DNA of 64,000 nt, from contig DXEM01000007.1 of the NCBI GenBank assembly GCA_019114985.1, positions 21,077 to 85,076 of the forward strand, given 5' to 3'. A model generated the notes under the pieces. That model was not told the DNA's origin and did not search any database. It saw only the letters and a program-made list of their open reading frames with translations. The DNA is from Candidatus Anaerostipes excrementavium (GTDB lineage: Bacteria; Bacillota; Clostridia; Lachnospirales; Lachnospiraceae). The position numbers and the translations under genes are program-made. Numbering within the stretch: position 1 is the first letter of the stretch; each line of letters begins with the position of its first letter. Shown here piece by piece: positions 1 to 9,342 of this stretch.

Positions 1-401
1 ATTGCTTTTGTTTCTTCTATTGTATCTGAACATACAACTGATAATATCCCTGTCTCTTTTGTTCTATGAATTGCCTGTACTAATTCTGCAAGTGTCATCG
101 GATGTTCCGCGTGATTCATATAAGCCGCAGTCACCCCAACATCACGCAAAAATTCAGGTACAGTGTCCCCCATTCCTCTTCCTAAATAATTCCCATCCAC
201 ATGTTGCGCCGTAATAATCAAATTATTTGTTACTTTCTGAATGATACCCAAATATACATGCGGTGCAATCATAAAGACAGTAATATCATATTTTTCAGCC
301 AGTCTGTCCGCTTCTTTTGCAATTTCTAATACTTTTTCTTTACACAAATATGACTTTGTATTTACCATGAAAAAAGGGGTTTTTATTTCCGTTCGATCCA
401 T
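1..401 (-). CDS. Triosephosphate-isomerase-family (TIM barrel) protein, 3' end runs off the window; not in the ORF track
   Basis: Manual translation from ATG at 401 (SD GGAGG upstream): MDRTEIKTPFFMVNTKSY...TAQHVDG...GRGMG...AAYMNHAEHPMT. NxKxY and NHAE correspond to the TIM catalytic Lys and His motifs. Confidence 0.8.
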   Translation of the reverse strand, partial: MDRTEIKTPFFMVNTKSYLCKEKVLEIAKEADRLAEKYDITVFMIAPHVYLGIIQKVTNNLIITAQHVDGNYLGRGMGDTVPEFLRDVGVTAAYMNHAEHPMTLAELVQAIHRTKETGILSVVCSDTIEETKA

Positions 402-469
402 AAATTTTCCTCCATTTTTTATTTTGATATTGATTGAAATACTATCTCTTCACAAAAGCTCAGATAATA

Positions 470-2155
470 TTACTCATGACATTTATCCTCCTTTCCATAT
501 TTTATATATAAGACACGCTCTGCTTGTTTGCTCCATTCCCCTTGAACTAAAGCTTTATACAGAGCCTTATCGAATTCCCGTATTTCCTCGATCTCAACTA
601 TCGGCAAATCATCTATTTGTGGATAAATAATAACTTTACCCGGATATCTTCCTTTCTTTACTTCTAAAATAGCTTTTTTTATACTATTAAATCCTGCAAT
701 TGCCATAACATTCATATTTAAATCACATTGATTATTCTCAATCTTGTTTAAAACTGCTTTTTCGTTCTCCACACTTGATCCACTGCTAGCGTTTATTCTG
801 GCTCCAAAACTAGCTACATAGCCTAAAGGTAAATTGGCGTAACTTCCATATTTTGTTCCTGAAAATAAAACAATCATTCCATCTTTTCTCAAAAATGGTA
901 CTGCATTATTTACGACTTCTGTTCCTGGCGCACTAATTACTACATCGTCAAATCCCTCCCTATTACATAGATGCCACATCTCTTCTTTCCAATTATGTTC
1001 ATTTGTAGAAATAATTTGTAGTTTTTTCCCTTTTTGTATCGCCATTTTGTGAAAGTTATCCATCAACGTTTCTAATCTTCGCATACTCCTGGCGGCAACT
1101 ACAATTTGTCTGGGACCTTTTTCATTCATTATAGCTCGTGCCGTATGAATTCTCCCCATGGCACCTGCCCCTCCCATAATCAGCATACGACCATTTTCCT
1201 TCAAATCATGCCGTTGTCTTTCCTTTTTAAATGCATCTGATAATCTTTTTGTATCAGATCCAAGCCAATTGACTTTGCCATAGTGTACTTTTGCAATATC
1301 TACCTCCACTATTTGATCGCTTCTCGAGCTCGGTAACCAACAAAATACACAATCATTATTCATGTTACCTACAATTTCTTTTAATTGCTCACTTTCTATA
1401 TTTCCCAGTACAAGTATGTCATTGTACCCATCGGGAGCCACCCTATGAATATCTTTCATTTCTATTTTTATAGTGTTTTCAGGATATTTTTTTGTTATTT
1501 CTCCCTCACTTATCATAAAAATTTTTTTATGCTCTAAATTTTTATCTAAGATGAACGCATCATCGCCATCTTTTCCGACATATATCAATAATGATCCATT
1601 CCACGAAAAATCCTCTCTCCCCCATTTACCATATGCAGCCTCCACACATGCATTAGGTTCCAGCTGTGCCACTGTTGCATAACTCAAATTCTTATCAATT
1701 TCGAAGATTGACTCACCCTGATCAGAATAAAAAATAGGCTTTTCCAACATTATGTATTTCTGCATTCCGCCCGGTACGTTAACACCAATACAATATCGAT
1801 CTCCATTCATATACACATCTGGCTGAATACCAACTCGCATTCCTTTTTTCCATCTTCCCTTCAAATTTTTTCCGACTTTTTCAATTGTTAACGATAATTC
1901 ATGTCCTAAAACGGCCGGATCCTCTTTAAAATTTCTATTTTTAAATAAAGGATACTCATTCCCCATTTGAATCATTTTTATATCAGACGCACATATCGCG
2001 ACAGCATCTACTCTTGCTAGTACTTCATCATCCTTTGGATCAGGTAACTCTTTTTCTACAGCTTTATCATGAACGCCAAAGCTCTCCATTCCCCCGCCAA
2101 AATAATACCAAACACTATTTTTTTCTCTCATTTTCCCTCCTATAATTTTATTCAT
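470..2155 (-). CDS. Zn-dependent medium-chain dehydrogenase, SorE (L-sorbose-1-phosphate reductase)-like; likely start ~2131 (MREKN)
   Basis: AICASD and LGHE catalytic-Zn motifs, IQP motif, Rossmann GGAGAMG; about 550 aa. Confidence 0.7.
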   Translation of the reverse strand: MNKIIGGKMREKNSVWYYFGGGMESFGVHDKAVEKELPDPKDDEVLARVDAVAICASDIKMIQMGNEYPLFKNRNFKEDPAVLGHELSLTIEKVGKNLKGRWKKGMRVGIQPDVYMNGDRYCIGVNVPGGMQKYIMLEKPIFYSDQGESIFEIDKNLSYATVAQLEPNACVEAAYGKWGREDFSWNGSLLIYVGKDGDDAFILDKNLEHKKIFMISEGEITKKYPENTIKIEMKDIHRVAPDGYNDILVLGNIESEQLKEIVGNMNNDCVFCWLPSSRSDQIVEVDIAKVHYGKVNWLGSDTKRLSDAFKKERQRHDLKENGRMLIMGGAGAMGRIHTARAIMNEKGPRQIVVAARSMRRLETLMDNFHKMAIQKGKKLQIISTNEHNWKEEMWHLCNREGFDDVVISAPGTEVVNNAVPFLRKDGMIVLFSGTKYGSYANLPLGYVASFGARINASSGSSVENEKAVLNKIENNQCDLNMNVMAIAGFNSIKKAILEVKKGRYPGKVIIYPQIDDLPIVEIEEIREFDKALYKALVQGEWSKQAERVLYIKYGKEDKCHE

Positions 2156-2220
2156 ATCATGTTAATAGGAAACCGTTGTTAGCACTATCAGCTGACATTT
2201 CTGCTTCTTTACATTTATTA

Positions 2221-2269
2221 ATTATAATGTTATAACTTTATTTACATTTTCATTATAACATTATAATCA
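2221..2269. promoter_or_regulatory. Two inverted copies of TTATAA-N3-TTATAA upstream of the dehydrogenase; candidate GntR operator overlapping -10-like boxes
   Basis: ATTATAATGTTATAAC at 2221-2236 and TTTCATTATAACATTATAATCA at 2248-2269; the latter is identical to 3123-3144. Confidence 0.5.
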
Positions 2270-2283
2270 AAAAAGTCAATACA

Positions 2284-2317
2284 AAAAATAAGACCCATAA
2301 AATATGGATCTTATTTT
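2284..2317. terminator. Intrinsic terminator at the end of the gntR gene
   Basis: AAAATAAGACCCATA-AAA-TATGGATCTTATTTT inverted repeat with 1 mismatch. Confidence 0.6.
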
Positions 2318-3042
2318 GTTAAAACCAAAGAATACTTATATTTTCCAGGTTTATAATATGATAATGTATATTCTACATGATGATTATCTTGATCAAATGA
2401 TTTTCTTGTTCTAAATAGGACTGCATCTTCTATATTTATTTTTAATTCTTTACTTACTAGGTCATCCGCAAATCCTACTTCTATATCTTCGTATGATTTT
2501 GTTACAATAACACCCTTTTCTCTTTCTAGATAATCATATAAAGATTTTTTATAAACTGATTCGTCAACACTTAAATTTAATTCCGAAGGCAAATAACTAA
2601 TAATTAAGCAAAATGGTTCTCCTTCTGTATAATATACTCTAGTTAATGAATACACATTTGTATTTTCTTCTATCTCTAAAGCTTCTGCTATTGTTGAATC
2701 AGCTTTGATAATCGTCATCTCTATTTTATGTATTTCATACTCTATATTTTTACTCTTCATTTCACTTGAAAAGTTCCGTAAAGAATTGATATTTTCCGAT
2801 ATTTTTCTATTAAGAATTCTTGTACCTTTTGCTCGTTCTCTTAACAAATACCCCTCTTTGACTAATTCATCCACTGCCAAACGAATTGTCATCCTACTTA
2901 CCCCAAAAAGCTCCTCCAACTCCCTTTCCGTTGGAATCTTTTCAATATAAATGCCATCTTTTATATTTTTTAGTATTATTTCTTTTACTTGCGCATAAAG
3001 AGGATTCTGTCCCTTTCCATATTTCAGTGAATACTTTCCCAT
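2311..3042 (-). CDS. GntR-family (HutC/UTRA) transcriptional regulator
   Basis: wHTH motif IPTERELEELFGVSRMTIRLA, C-terminal UTRA-like domain; SD AGGAG before MGKYS at 3042. Confidence 0.9.
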   Translation of the reverse strand: MGKYSLKYGKGQNPLYAQVKEIILKNIKDGIYIEKIPTERELEELFGVSRMTIRLAVDELVKEGYLLRERAKGTRILNRKISENINSLRNFSSEMKSKNIEYEIHKIEMTIIKADSTIAEALEIEENTNVYSLTRVYYTEGEPFCLIISYLPSELNLSVDESVYKKSLYDYLEREKGVIVTKSYEDIEVGFADDLVSKELKINIEDAVLFRTRKSFDQDNHHVEYTLSYYKPGKYKYSLVLTK

Positions 3043-3122
3043 ACCAATATCTCCTTTTCTCATAGTCTTTGCTACACTTTCACCCTAATAATATAAAAAG
3101 ACTATACTGCAATTTCTTTTTA

Positions 3123-3144
3123 TTTCATTATAACATTATAATCA
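3123..3144. promoter_or_regulatory. Second copy of the 22-bp motif, upstream of gntR (autoregulation candidate)
   Basis: Exact 22-nt match to 2248-2269. Confidence 0.5.
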
Positions 3145-3229
3145 TAACTTGTTGCAGCTAAAAAATCAACTCTAATAATGATAGAAATTGCCAAAAAAGT
3201 TCTTGAACAGCATAAAACAAGGTTCAAAT

Positions 3230-4168
3230 TCAAAGACTGCCACCTGATACATATTTCTCCAAAATTCCTATGACGCTTCTTAGATAGGATCTTCCAAATA
3301 GATTTAAATGGTTCAGCAAATGATACAGTTGGTATAAATCCCTCCTCTCATCATATTCCTTCGGAATCGGATTAATCTCGTGATAGGCGCCGTAAAATCT
3401 GGCCGGAAAACTTCCAAACAGCTGAGTCATCGCCAAATCTGTCTCAAAATCTCCTACGTAAACCGCCGGATCGATCAGCCACGCTCTTCCATCGTTTCCG
3501 CATATCACATTTCCGCCCCACAGATCGCCATGTAAAAGGGATGGAAATTCCGGTTCCCGCAAATAATCTTCCAGATGCTCCAACAGCTGCTCAAATTGCC
3601 CCAGAGTGTCCAATGTAAAATAATGCTTTGCCATCTGAATCTGCGGCAATAACCTGCACTCCCGGTAAAAATCAATCCAGTTTCCTTTGGGCGTATTTTT
3701 CTGCGGCGCTGCCCCGATAAAGTTATCCTCCAAAAAGCCATAACAACCTTCTTTTGAGTTTACAAAATATCTGCACTCTGCTTGATGAACCATCGCCAGC
3801 TGATGTCCAAAGGTTTCCCAATAATCTTCCCGCTTCGACACACTCTCCAGGTATTCCATCATAAGAAAAGAGATTCCTTTTGCCACGTCCACGCCGCCTG
3901 CCAAAATTTCCGGCACTCCAATCTCTCCCGTCTCCTTCAGCGCATATAATCCCAGCGCCTCTGTGGTAAAAAATTTATGATTTACAGCAGAATTCCGTTT
4001 TACAAACACCTTCTGCCCTGTTGAAAGTGTGATCTTGCAGGCATCATTGATATCTCCTCCGTAGACAGGTTCTTCCTTAAGGATTGACACCTTGCTTCCG
4101 TATAATTCCCAAATCGCCTCTTCCATGGAACCATAATCTTGCTTCAAAATTCCCATCTCCTTTTCCAC
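3230..4168 (-). CDS. Fructosamine-kinase-family protein
   Basis: GGDIN, VFVK, LLHGDLWGGN, LIDPA and ETDLAM motifs. Confidence 0.88.
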   Translation of the reverse strand: MEKEMGILKQDYGSMEEAIWELYGSKVSILKEEPVYGGDINDACKITLSTGQKVFVKRNSAVNHKFFTTEALGLYALKETGEIGVPEILAGGVDVAKGISFLMMEYLESVSKREDYWETFGHQLAMVHQAECRYFVNSKEGCYGFLEDNFIGAAPQKNTPKGNWIDFYRECRLLPQIQMAKHYFTLDTLGQFEQLLEHLEDYLREPEFPSLLHGDLWGGNVICGNDGRAWLIDPAVYVGDFETDLAMTQLFGSFPARFYGAYHEINPIPKEYDERRDLYQLYHLLNHLNLFGRSYLRSVIGILEKYVSGGSL

Positions 4169-4171
4169 TGC

Positions 4172-5224
4172 CTAACCTTCCTTCTCTTCATGAATTTCAT
4201 CCAGGATTTTTAACAGCTCCCGGACTTCGGATTCTGTGGTCGCCCAGCTGGCGGCAAATCGGACTGCCGTGTGAGCATCATCGATTTTCTCCCAAAAACT
4301 GAATCCAATCTTTTCTTTCAGCCGTTCCATCTCGGTATTTTCCAGAATCACAAACTGCTGATTGGTCGGAGAATCAATCAAGAGCTGATACCCTCTCTCC
4401 AAAAAGCCTTGTTTCATCTGCTCTGCTGTCCGTATGGCCTGTCGGCTGATCTCATAATATAAGTCATCGGTAAACAACACATCAAACTGTACACCCAACA
4501 GCCAGCCCTTTGCCAAAAGGCCGCCCTGTCTCTTGATCCGTGTGATAAAGTGTTTCGGCGTATTATGCCGGGTAAATACGACAGCTTCTCCAAAGAGCGC
4601 GCCTACTTTTGTTCCTCCGATATAAAAAACATCGCAAAGCCGGGCGATATCTTGGAGTGTCAGATCACTTTCTTTGCTCATAAGTCCGTACCCTAACCGA
4701 GCTCCATCCATGTACAAAGGAATCTGATACTCCTGACAAATGTCTGCAAGGTCTTCCAACTCTTTCCGGCAATATAAGGTTCCATACTCTGTAGGATGAG
4801 AAATATAGACCATTCCCGGAAATACCATGTGATCATGATTCCCATCGTTCCAGAAATTTTCCAAATATCCTCGAAGGACTTTCGGCTGTATTTTGCCATC
4901 AGCGCCGGGAACTGTCAAAACTTTATGACCTGTAAACTCAATGGCTCCTGCTTCATGTACGCTCACATGGCCGGAATCTGCGGCGATGACTCCCTCAAAA
5001 GGCCGCAGCATCCCATCGATGACAATCGCGTTGGTCTGCGTTCCCCCGGTCAGGAAAAAGATATCGGCATCCGGACATCCGCAAGCTTTTCTTATCTTTT
5101 CTTTCGCTCTTTCACAACAAGCGTCGCTTCCATAACCAGGCTGGGGATCCTGGTTCATTTCACAGAGACGTTCCAATATTTTTTCATGGGCTCCTTTGAT
5201 ATAATCACTCTCAAATGATAACAT
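4172..5224 (-). CDS. ltaE: Low-specificity L-threonine aldolase (PLP-dependent)
   Basis: FESDY, GGTQTNA, HEAGA, MDGARL, YIGGTKVGA motifs. Confidence 0.85.
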   Translation of the reverse strand: MLSFESDYIKGAHEKILERLCEMNQDPQPGYGSDACCERAKEKIRKACGCPDADIFFLTGGTQTNAIVIDGMLRPFEGVIAADSGHVSVHEAGAIEFTGHKVLTVPGADGKIQPKVLRGYLENFWNDGNHDHMVFPGMVYISHPTEYGTLYCRKELEDLADICQEYQIPLYMDGARLGYGLMSKESDLTLQDIARLCDVFYIGGTKVGALFGEAVVFTRHNTPKHFITRIKRQGGLLAKGWLLGVQFDVLFTDDLYYEISRQAIRTAEQMKQGFLERGYQLLIDSPTNQQFVILENTEMERLKEKIGFSFWEKIDDAHTAVRFAASWATTESEVRELLKILDEIHEEKEG

Positions 5225-5342
5225 TTGGCTCCTCCTACTTCCTATTTTTTTCTATTATACTATATTTCTCCCAAATTCCTCATCATTTCCGAAAAAACAT
5301 GTTATGATAAGAGCAATCAAAGAATTGGAAAGGAGCCGCTCT

Positions 5343-6299
5343 ATGAATTTTGGAATCATTGGTTTTGGAAATATTGCACGAAGATTTGCCGAAGGGATAG
5401 AAGCAGACGACGAGGGACGGATTGCTGCCATCGCTTCCAGATCTTTGTCAACGGATGATCCTTATCTCGCCGCACACCCGCAGATCAAATATTACAAACA
5501 CTATGAGGATTTGCTGCAAGATCCGAAGATCGATGCAGTTTATATCGCTCTGACCCATAAGTTTCATAAACAATGGATTCTTCAGGCGATGGAACACCAT
5601 ATTCCGGTCTTATGCGAAAAACCCCTTGTGCTCTCTTCTGCGGAAGTGGACGAAATACAAGCAAAGAGAAATGAAACCGGTACCTATTGTCTGGAAGCAT
5701 TCAAAACCAAATTCAATAACGGTTTTTCCCATTTAAAAAAGGATCTTTCCTTGATTGGAAAAATCCTTGATATTCAGACATCTTTTTGTTCTGATGCCTC
5801 CGGTATGCCTTCTGACTGTTTCCTTTTTGATCCGGAACAAGGCGGAGCGCTGAACGATATCGGCAGTTATGTTCTTGGGTTTATCCTTGCCATCTGCCCG
5901 GAATCCATAGAAAAGGTTTCCTCCACCCTAAAAGTTGAAAACGGAATCGAAACTTATTTCTCCGCGGATCTTTCTTTTTCCGGCGGCTGCACGGGACATG
6001 CCGAAGGCGCAATCGACCGCAGGAAAGACCGCACTGCTTTCATAAACGGCAGTTTCGGCACCATTGAGATTCCTTTTTACAACCGAATCACCAACTATAC
6101 CATTCGTCTGAAAAATGGTTCTGTCATCGAGAGAAATTTCCCGATTCACGGAAATGACATGACTATGGAGATCAAAACAATGATTCAGGATGTAAAAGTC
6201 GGAAAAATCGAAAACAGCCTTCACACCCTGAACGATACAAAAAATATTTTAGTTCTGTCTGAGAAAATCCGTGCTATGGCAAGACCTACAGTCTCTTGA
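5343..6299 (+). CDS. Gfo/Idh/MocA oxidoreductase
   Basis: GIIGFGNIA Rossmann motif, VLCEKP, GGALNDIGSY; SD AAGGAG before ATG 5343. Confidence 0.88.
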   Translation: MNFGIIGFGNIARRFAEGIEADDEGRIAAIASRSLSTDDPYLAAHPQIKYYKHYEDLLQDPKIDAVYIALTHKFHKQWILQAMEHHIPVLCEKPLVLSSAEVDEIQAKRNETGTYCLEAFKTKFNNGFSHLKKDLSLIGKILDIQTSFCSDASGMPSDCFLFDPEQGGALNDIGSYVLGFILAICPESIEKVSSTLKVENGIETYFSADLSFSGGCTGHAEGAIDRRKDRTAFINGSFGTIEIPFYNRITNYTIRLKNGSVIERNFPIHGNDMTMEIKTMIQDVKVGKIENSLHTLNDTKNILVLSEKIRAMARPTVS

Positions 6300-6924
6300 T
6301 TTCGTCCGCCTGTGCGGATACCTCCTCCGAATGAGTCACAATGATGATGCATTTGTCTTCTTCTCGTACCAGCTGATGAAAGATTTTCATAATCTCATCT
6401 TCTGTTTCTTTATCCAGATTCCCGGTTGGCTCATCTGCCAGGATGACCTCCGGGTCATAGGACAGAGCTCTTGCGATGGCAACTCTCTGCTGCTGCCCGC
6501 CGGATAATTTGAGAACACGCCGTTTCGCTTCTCCTTCCTCTAATCCGACCTTTTTCAGCAGTTCCATTGCCTTTTTCTTTTTGTCAGAATACTTGATTCC
6601 TGACACATCCATGGACAAAATCACATTTTCCATGGCAGTCAGATGGGGCAGAAGATTAAAACTCTGAAAGATAATTCCCACATACCGACTTCTGTATTTG
6701 TACCGGTCAATCTTTCGAATATCCTGATCTTTAAAACAAACGGCTCCTTCTGTCGGTGTTTCCAGACCGGACAACAAAGAGAGCAATGTCGTTTTACCGG
6801 CCCCGGAACGTCCAACAACCGCATAGATCTTTCCACTCTCAAATGTATAAGATAGATTTTCAAACACTTTTTTGCTGCTTTCTTCATAGGAATAGGCAAC
6901 ATCTTTTAACGTTAATATATCCAT
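6286..6924 (-). CDS. ABC transporter ATP-binding protein (LolD/MacB-like)
   Basis: Walker A GRSGAGKTT, LSGGQQQRVAIARAL, ILADEPTGNLD. Confidence 0.92.
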   Translation of the reverse strand: MDILTLKDVAYSYEESSKKVFENLSYTFESGKIYAVVGRSGAGKTTLLSLLSGLETPTEGAVCFKDQDIRKIDRYKYRSRYVGIIFQSFNLLPHLTAMENVILSMDVSGIKYSDKKKKAMELLKKVGLEEGEAKRRVLKLSGGQQQRVAIARALSYDPEVILADEPTGNLDKETEDEIMKIFHQLVREEDKCIIIVTHSEEVSAQADEIKRL

Positions 6925-6934
6925 AATATCTCCT

Positions 6935-8425
6935 TTAGCTCCGATTGGTCAGTATTTTCAGCGGCTCATACCGAACGACAAAAATGACGGCTGTCAAACT
7001 TGACAATATGGTTAATATGATGCCGATTCCAAAGAGCTGTAAAATAACTGTCATGTTCACACTGGCTGAGATATCAGACAAATACTGGGCCGCCTGCTGC
7101 GGCATGCTTCTGCCGGGAGCAGCGGTTCCTGGTTCCTGACCTTCTCCGCTTCCTTTTCCGCCCCGTCCGAAATTAGATTCTACCGATTCTGCCTGCTCCT
7201 GCTGGCTTTCGACCTGAGATTCCAACAGCTGATTGGACACCGGTACAGAAGCAGCACTTCCCGCACCAAGCCCGATGACCATGGCAAAAAGAGTGACGAA
7301 AAACAGTTCCAATACAAATTGGATGCAGACTTTTGACTTTTTCATTCCAATCGCCGTCAATACTCCGATTTCATATTTTCTTTCTCTAATATTAAAAATA
7401 TGAATGACCATCAGTACAATGGCTCCGATCACAAAGACGACCACCAGAAAATAGCCAGCGAAGGTACTCAGATTTTCCAGAGGAATCAAACTCTGCTCGT
7501 AACGTTCCACATCTTGTGACGTTACCGTGTAATTTTCATCCAATCCCATTTCTTCCACATCTTTTGTAAATGTCTCATATGCATCATAATCGTCAAATAC
7601 ATAGGTTCCATTGGTCTGTTTTAAAATGGAATCCGAATCTTTGACCAGCCCATTTAAAGCAGCATAACTGGTATAAATCTGGTTTGCCGGATCAGATCCC
7701 GGATTTCTTTGGTTCATCGCTCCATTTTCCTCAGATGTAGAAGCGCTGTTGCTGTAGATTCCCGTAATCGTAAGTTTTATGGTCTGTGAACTGTCGTTTG
7801 GATCTTCCAGTTCGATGGTATCCCCTGCTTTCAATGAATTATAGGAAGCCAGCTCATCGCTGATGATGCATTGTTGTTTCGATGCATCATTTTCAAACAT
7901 AGAGCCCTCTGTAATCTTGCAGGTTCCGCTGATAAAATCTGTCATGGCATCCTCACTGCTGTATCCAATCACCGAAAAAGTCCCTTGGCCATTTCCTCCG
8001 GACATTCCATTTTTTCCATTCATCAGTACATTGGAATCTGATGTTGTATCTGTACTGATTTCTTCTATATCGGTACCGTCAAAAGAGCATACCATCGAAT
8101 AATAGAAATTGCTGACCGCATCGGATTTGGCATATTTTTGTAATTGACTCAAAGAAAGCCCTTCCACCTGCGCCATTTTCTCTTTCATATCGGACCGATC
8201 TGCTCCTGCTTCTCCCATCGATTTCATCATAGACTGCCGATCAAAGGTAATCTGCGCTGTGATTTCCGTATCTTCTAATCCATCGGTCTTAGCAGTTTCC
8301 GCAGCCTGACGGATGGCCAAAGAAATCGTAGCCGCAAGTGTAATCGCAAATACGATCAAAAAGATCAAAATATTTCTTCCCTTGGAACGGATTACATTTT
8401 TCCAAGCATTTTTTATTAAGTACAT
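6935..8425 (-). CDS. FtsX/MacB-type ABC permease
   Basis: N-terminal TM helix, large extracellular domain, RERKYEIGVLTAIGM, three C-terminal TM helices; SD before MYLIKN. Confidence 0.85.
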   Translation of the reverse strand: MYLIKNAWKNVIRSKGRNILIFLIVFAITLAATISLAIRQAAETAKTDGLEDTEITAQITFDRQSMMKSMGEAGADRSDMKEKMAQVEGLSLSQLQKYAKSDAVSNFYYSMVCSFDGTDIEEISTDTTSDSNVLMNGKNGMSGGNGQGTFSVIGYSSEDAMTDFISGTCKITEGSMFENDASKQQCIISDELASYNSLKAGDTIELEDPNDSSQTIKLTITGIYSNSASTSEENGAMNQRNPGSDPANQIYTSYAALNGLVKDSDSILKQTNGTYVFDDYDAYETFTKDVEEMGLDENYTVTSQDVERYEQSLIPLENLSTFAGYFLVVVFVIGAIVLMVIHIFNIRERKYEIGVLTAIGMKKSKVCIQFVLELFFVTLFAMVIGLGAGSAASVPVSNQLLESQVESQQEQAESVESNFGRGGKGSGEGQEPGTAAPGRSMPQQAAQYLSDISASVNMTVILQLFGIGIILTILSSLTAVIFVVRYEPLKILTNRS

Positions 8426-8453
8426 AAACTCTCCTTCCTGATATTTTTGTTCT

Positions 8454-8485
8454 ATCATAAATTTTTTCTGTGAAGTCTATGTGAA
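8454..8485 (-). promoter_or_regulatory. -10 TATGAT plus TTCACA-N5-TTCACA direct repeat (OmpR/PhoP-type box)
   Basis: Plus strand TGTGAA at 8469-8474 and 8480-8485; ATCATA at 8454-8459. Confidence 0.45.
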
Positions 8486-8596
8486 AAAAAATTGAGAAAA
8501 GTTTGTTCAAAGAAAAAGAATCCCGCAATGCAGGATCCTTTCGTACGGCCGGAAGGAAGCTCGGCCGCTTTTGCTTTATTTATGTTTGTTTATGTT

Positions 8597-9331
8597 TTAG
8601 CGAAATATTTTTTCTGCCTCTTCGATCTCTTCTTCCGTCGGAGGCAAGATTCCATCCAGAGGATATTCGATTCCAAGTTCTGCCCACTTTAATACTCCCA
8701 AAGTATGATAGGGGAGCAGCTCGAATTTTTCTACATTCCCCAGATGATCCATGAATCGTTTTAGTTCCAAGAGCTCTTCTTTGTCGTCTGTCAATCCCGG
8801 AACCAATACATGCCGAATCCATACCGGGATTTTCATTCCGGCGAGTTCTTCTGCCATTTCCAAAATATTCTTGTTACCCCTCCCGGTCAGCGTTCGATGC
8901 CGTGCCGGATTCATTTCTTTTAGATCCAGCATGACCAGATCTGTATACTTCATAAGCTCTTTCCACTTTCCATAGAACGGCTCATCTTTTGTAAAGGGCT
9001 GGCCGCAAGTGTCCAATGCCGTATGAATCTTCTTTTGTTTTGCCAGACGGAAAAACTCGATTAAAAAATCAATCTGGAGCAGCGGTTCCCCACCGCTGAC
9101 CGTGATTCCTCCGTCCGGTCCCCAATATCTATGGTACCGCCAGGCCCTCTCTAAGAGAGCCTGGGGCGTCCATATATTTTGACTGTCTTCTTTCCAGGTT
9201 TCCGGATTGTGGCAGTATTGGCAGCGCATGCGGCATCCCTGAAGAAAAACAACATACCGCACGCCCGGCCCATCCACCAGTCCAAAAGTTTCCAGAGAAT
9301 GAACTCTGCCGGTTGGTTTTGTATCTTTCAT
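8597..9331 (-). CDS. pflA: Pyruvate formate-lyase activating enzyme
   Basis: GLVDGPGVR, CRMRCQYCHNPETW radical-SAM motif, adjacent to pflB. Confidence 0.95.
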   Translation of the reverse strand: MKDTKPTGRVHSLETFGLVDGPGVRYVVFLQGCRMRCQYCHNPETWKEDSQNIWTPQALLERAWRYHRYWGPDGGITVSGGEPLLQIDFLIEFFRLAKQKKIHTALDTCGQPFTKDEPFYGKWKELMKYTDLVMLDLKEMNPARHRTLTGRGNKNILEMAEELAGMKIPVWIRHVLVPGLTDDKEELLELKRFMDHLGNVEKFELLPYHTLGVLKWAELGIEYPLDGILPPTEEEIEEAEKIFR

Positions 9332-9342
9332 TTCTGAGAGTC

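Noticed and set aside
3230-5224. Fructosamine kinase plus threonine aldolase as a novel deglycation pathway
   Set aside because: Both are common families, and adjacency alone gives no functional link.
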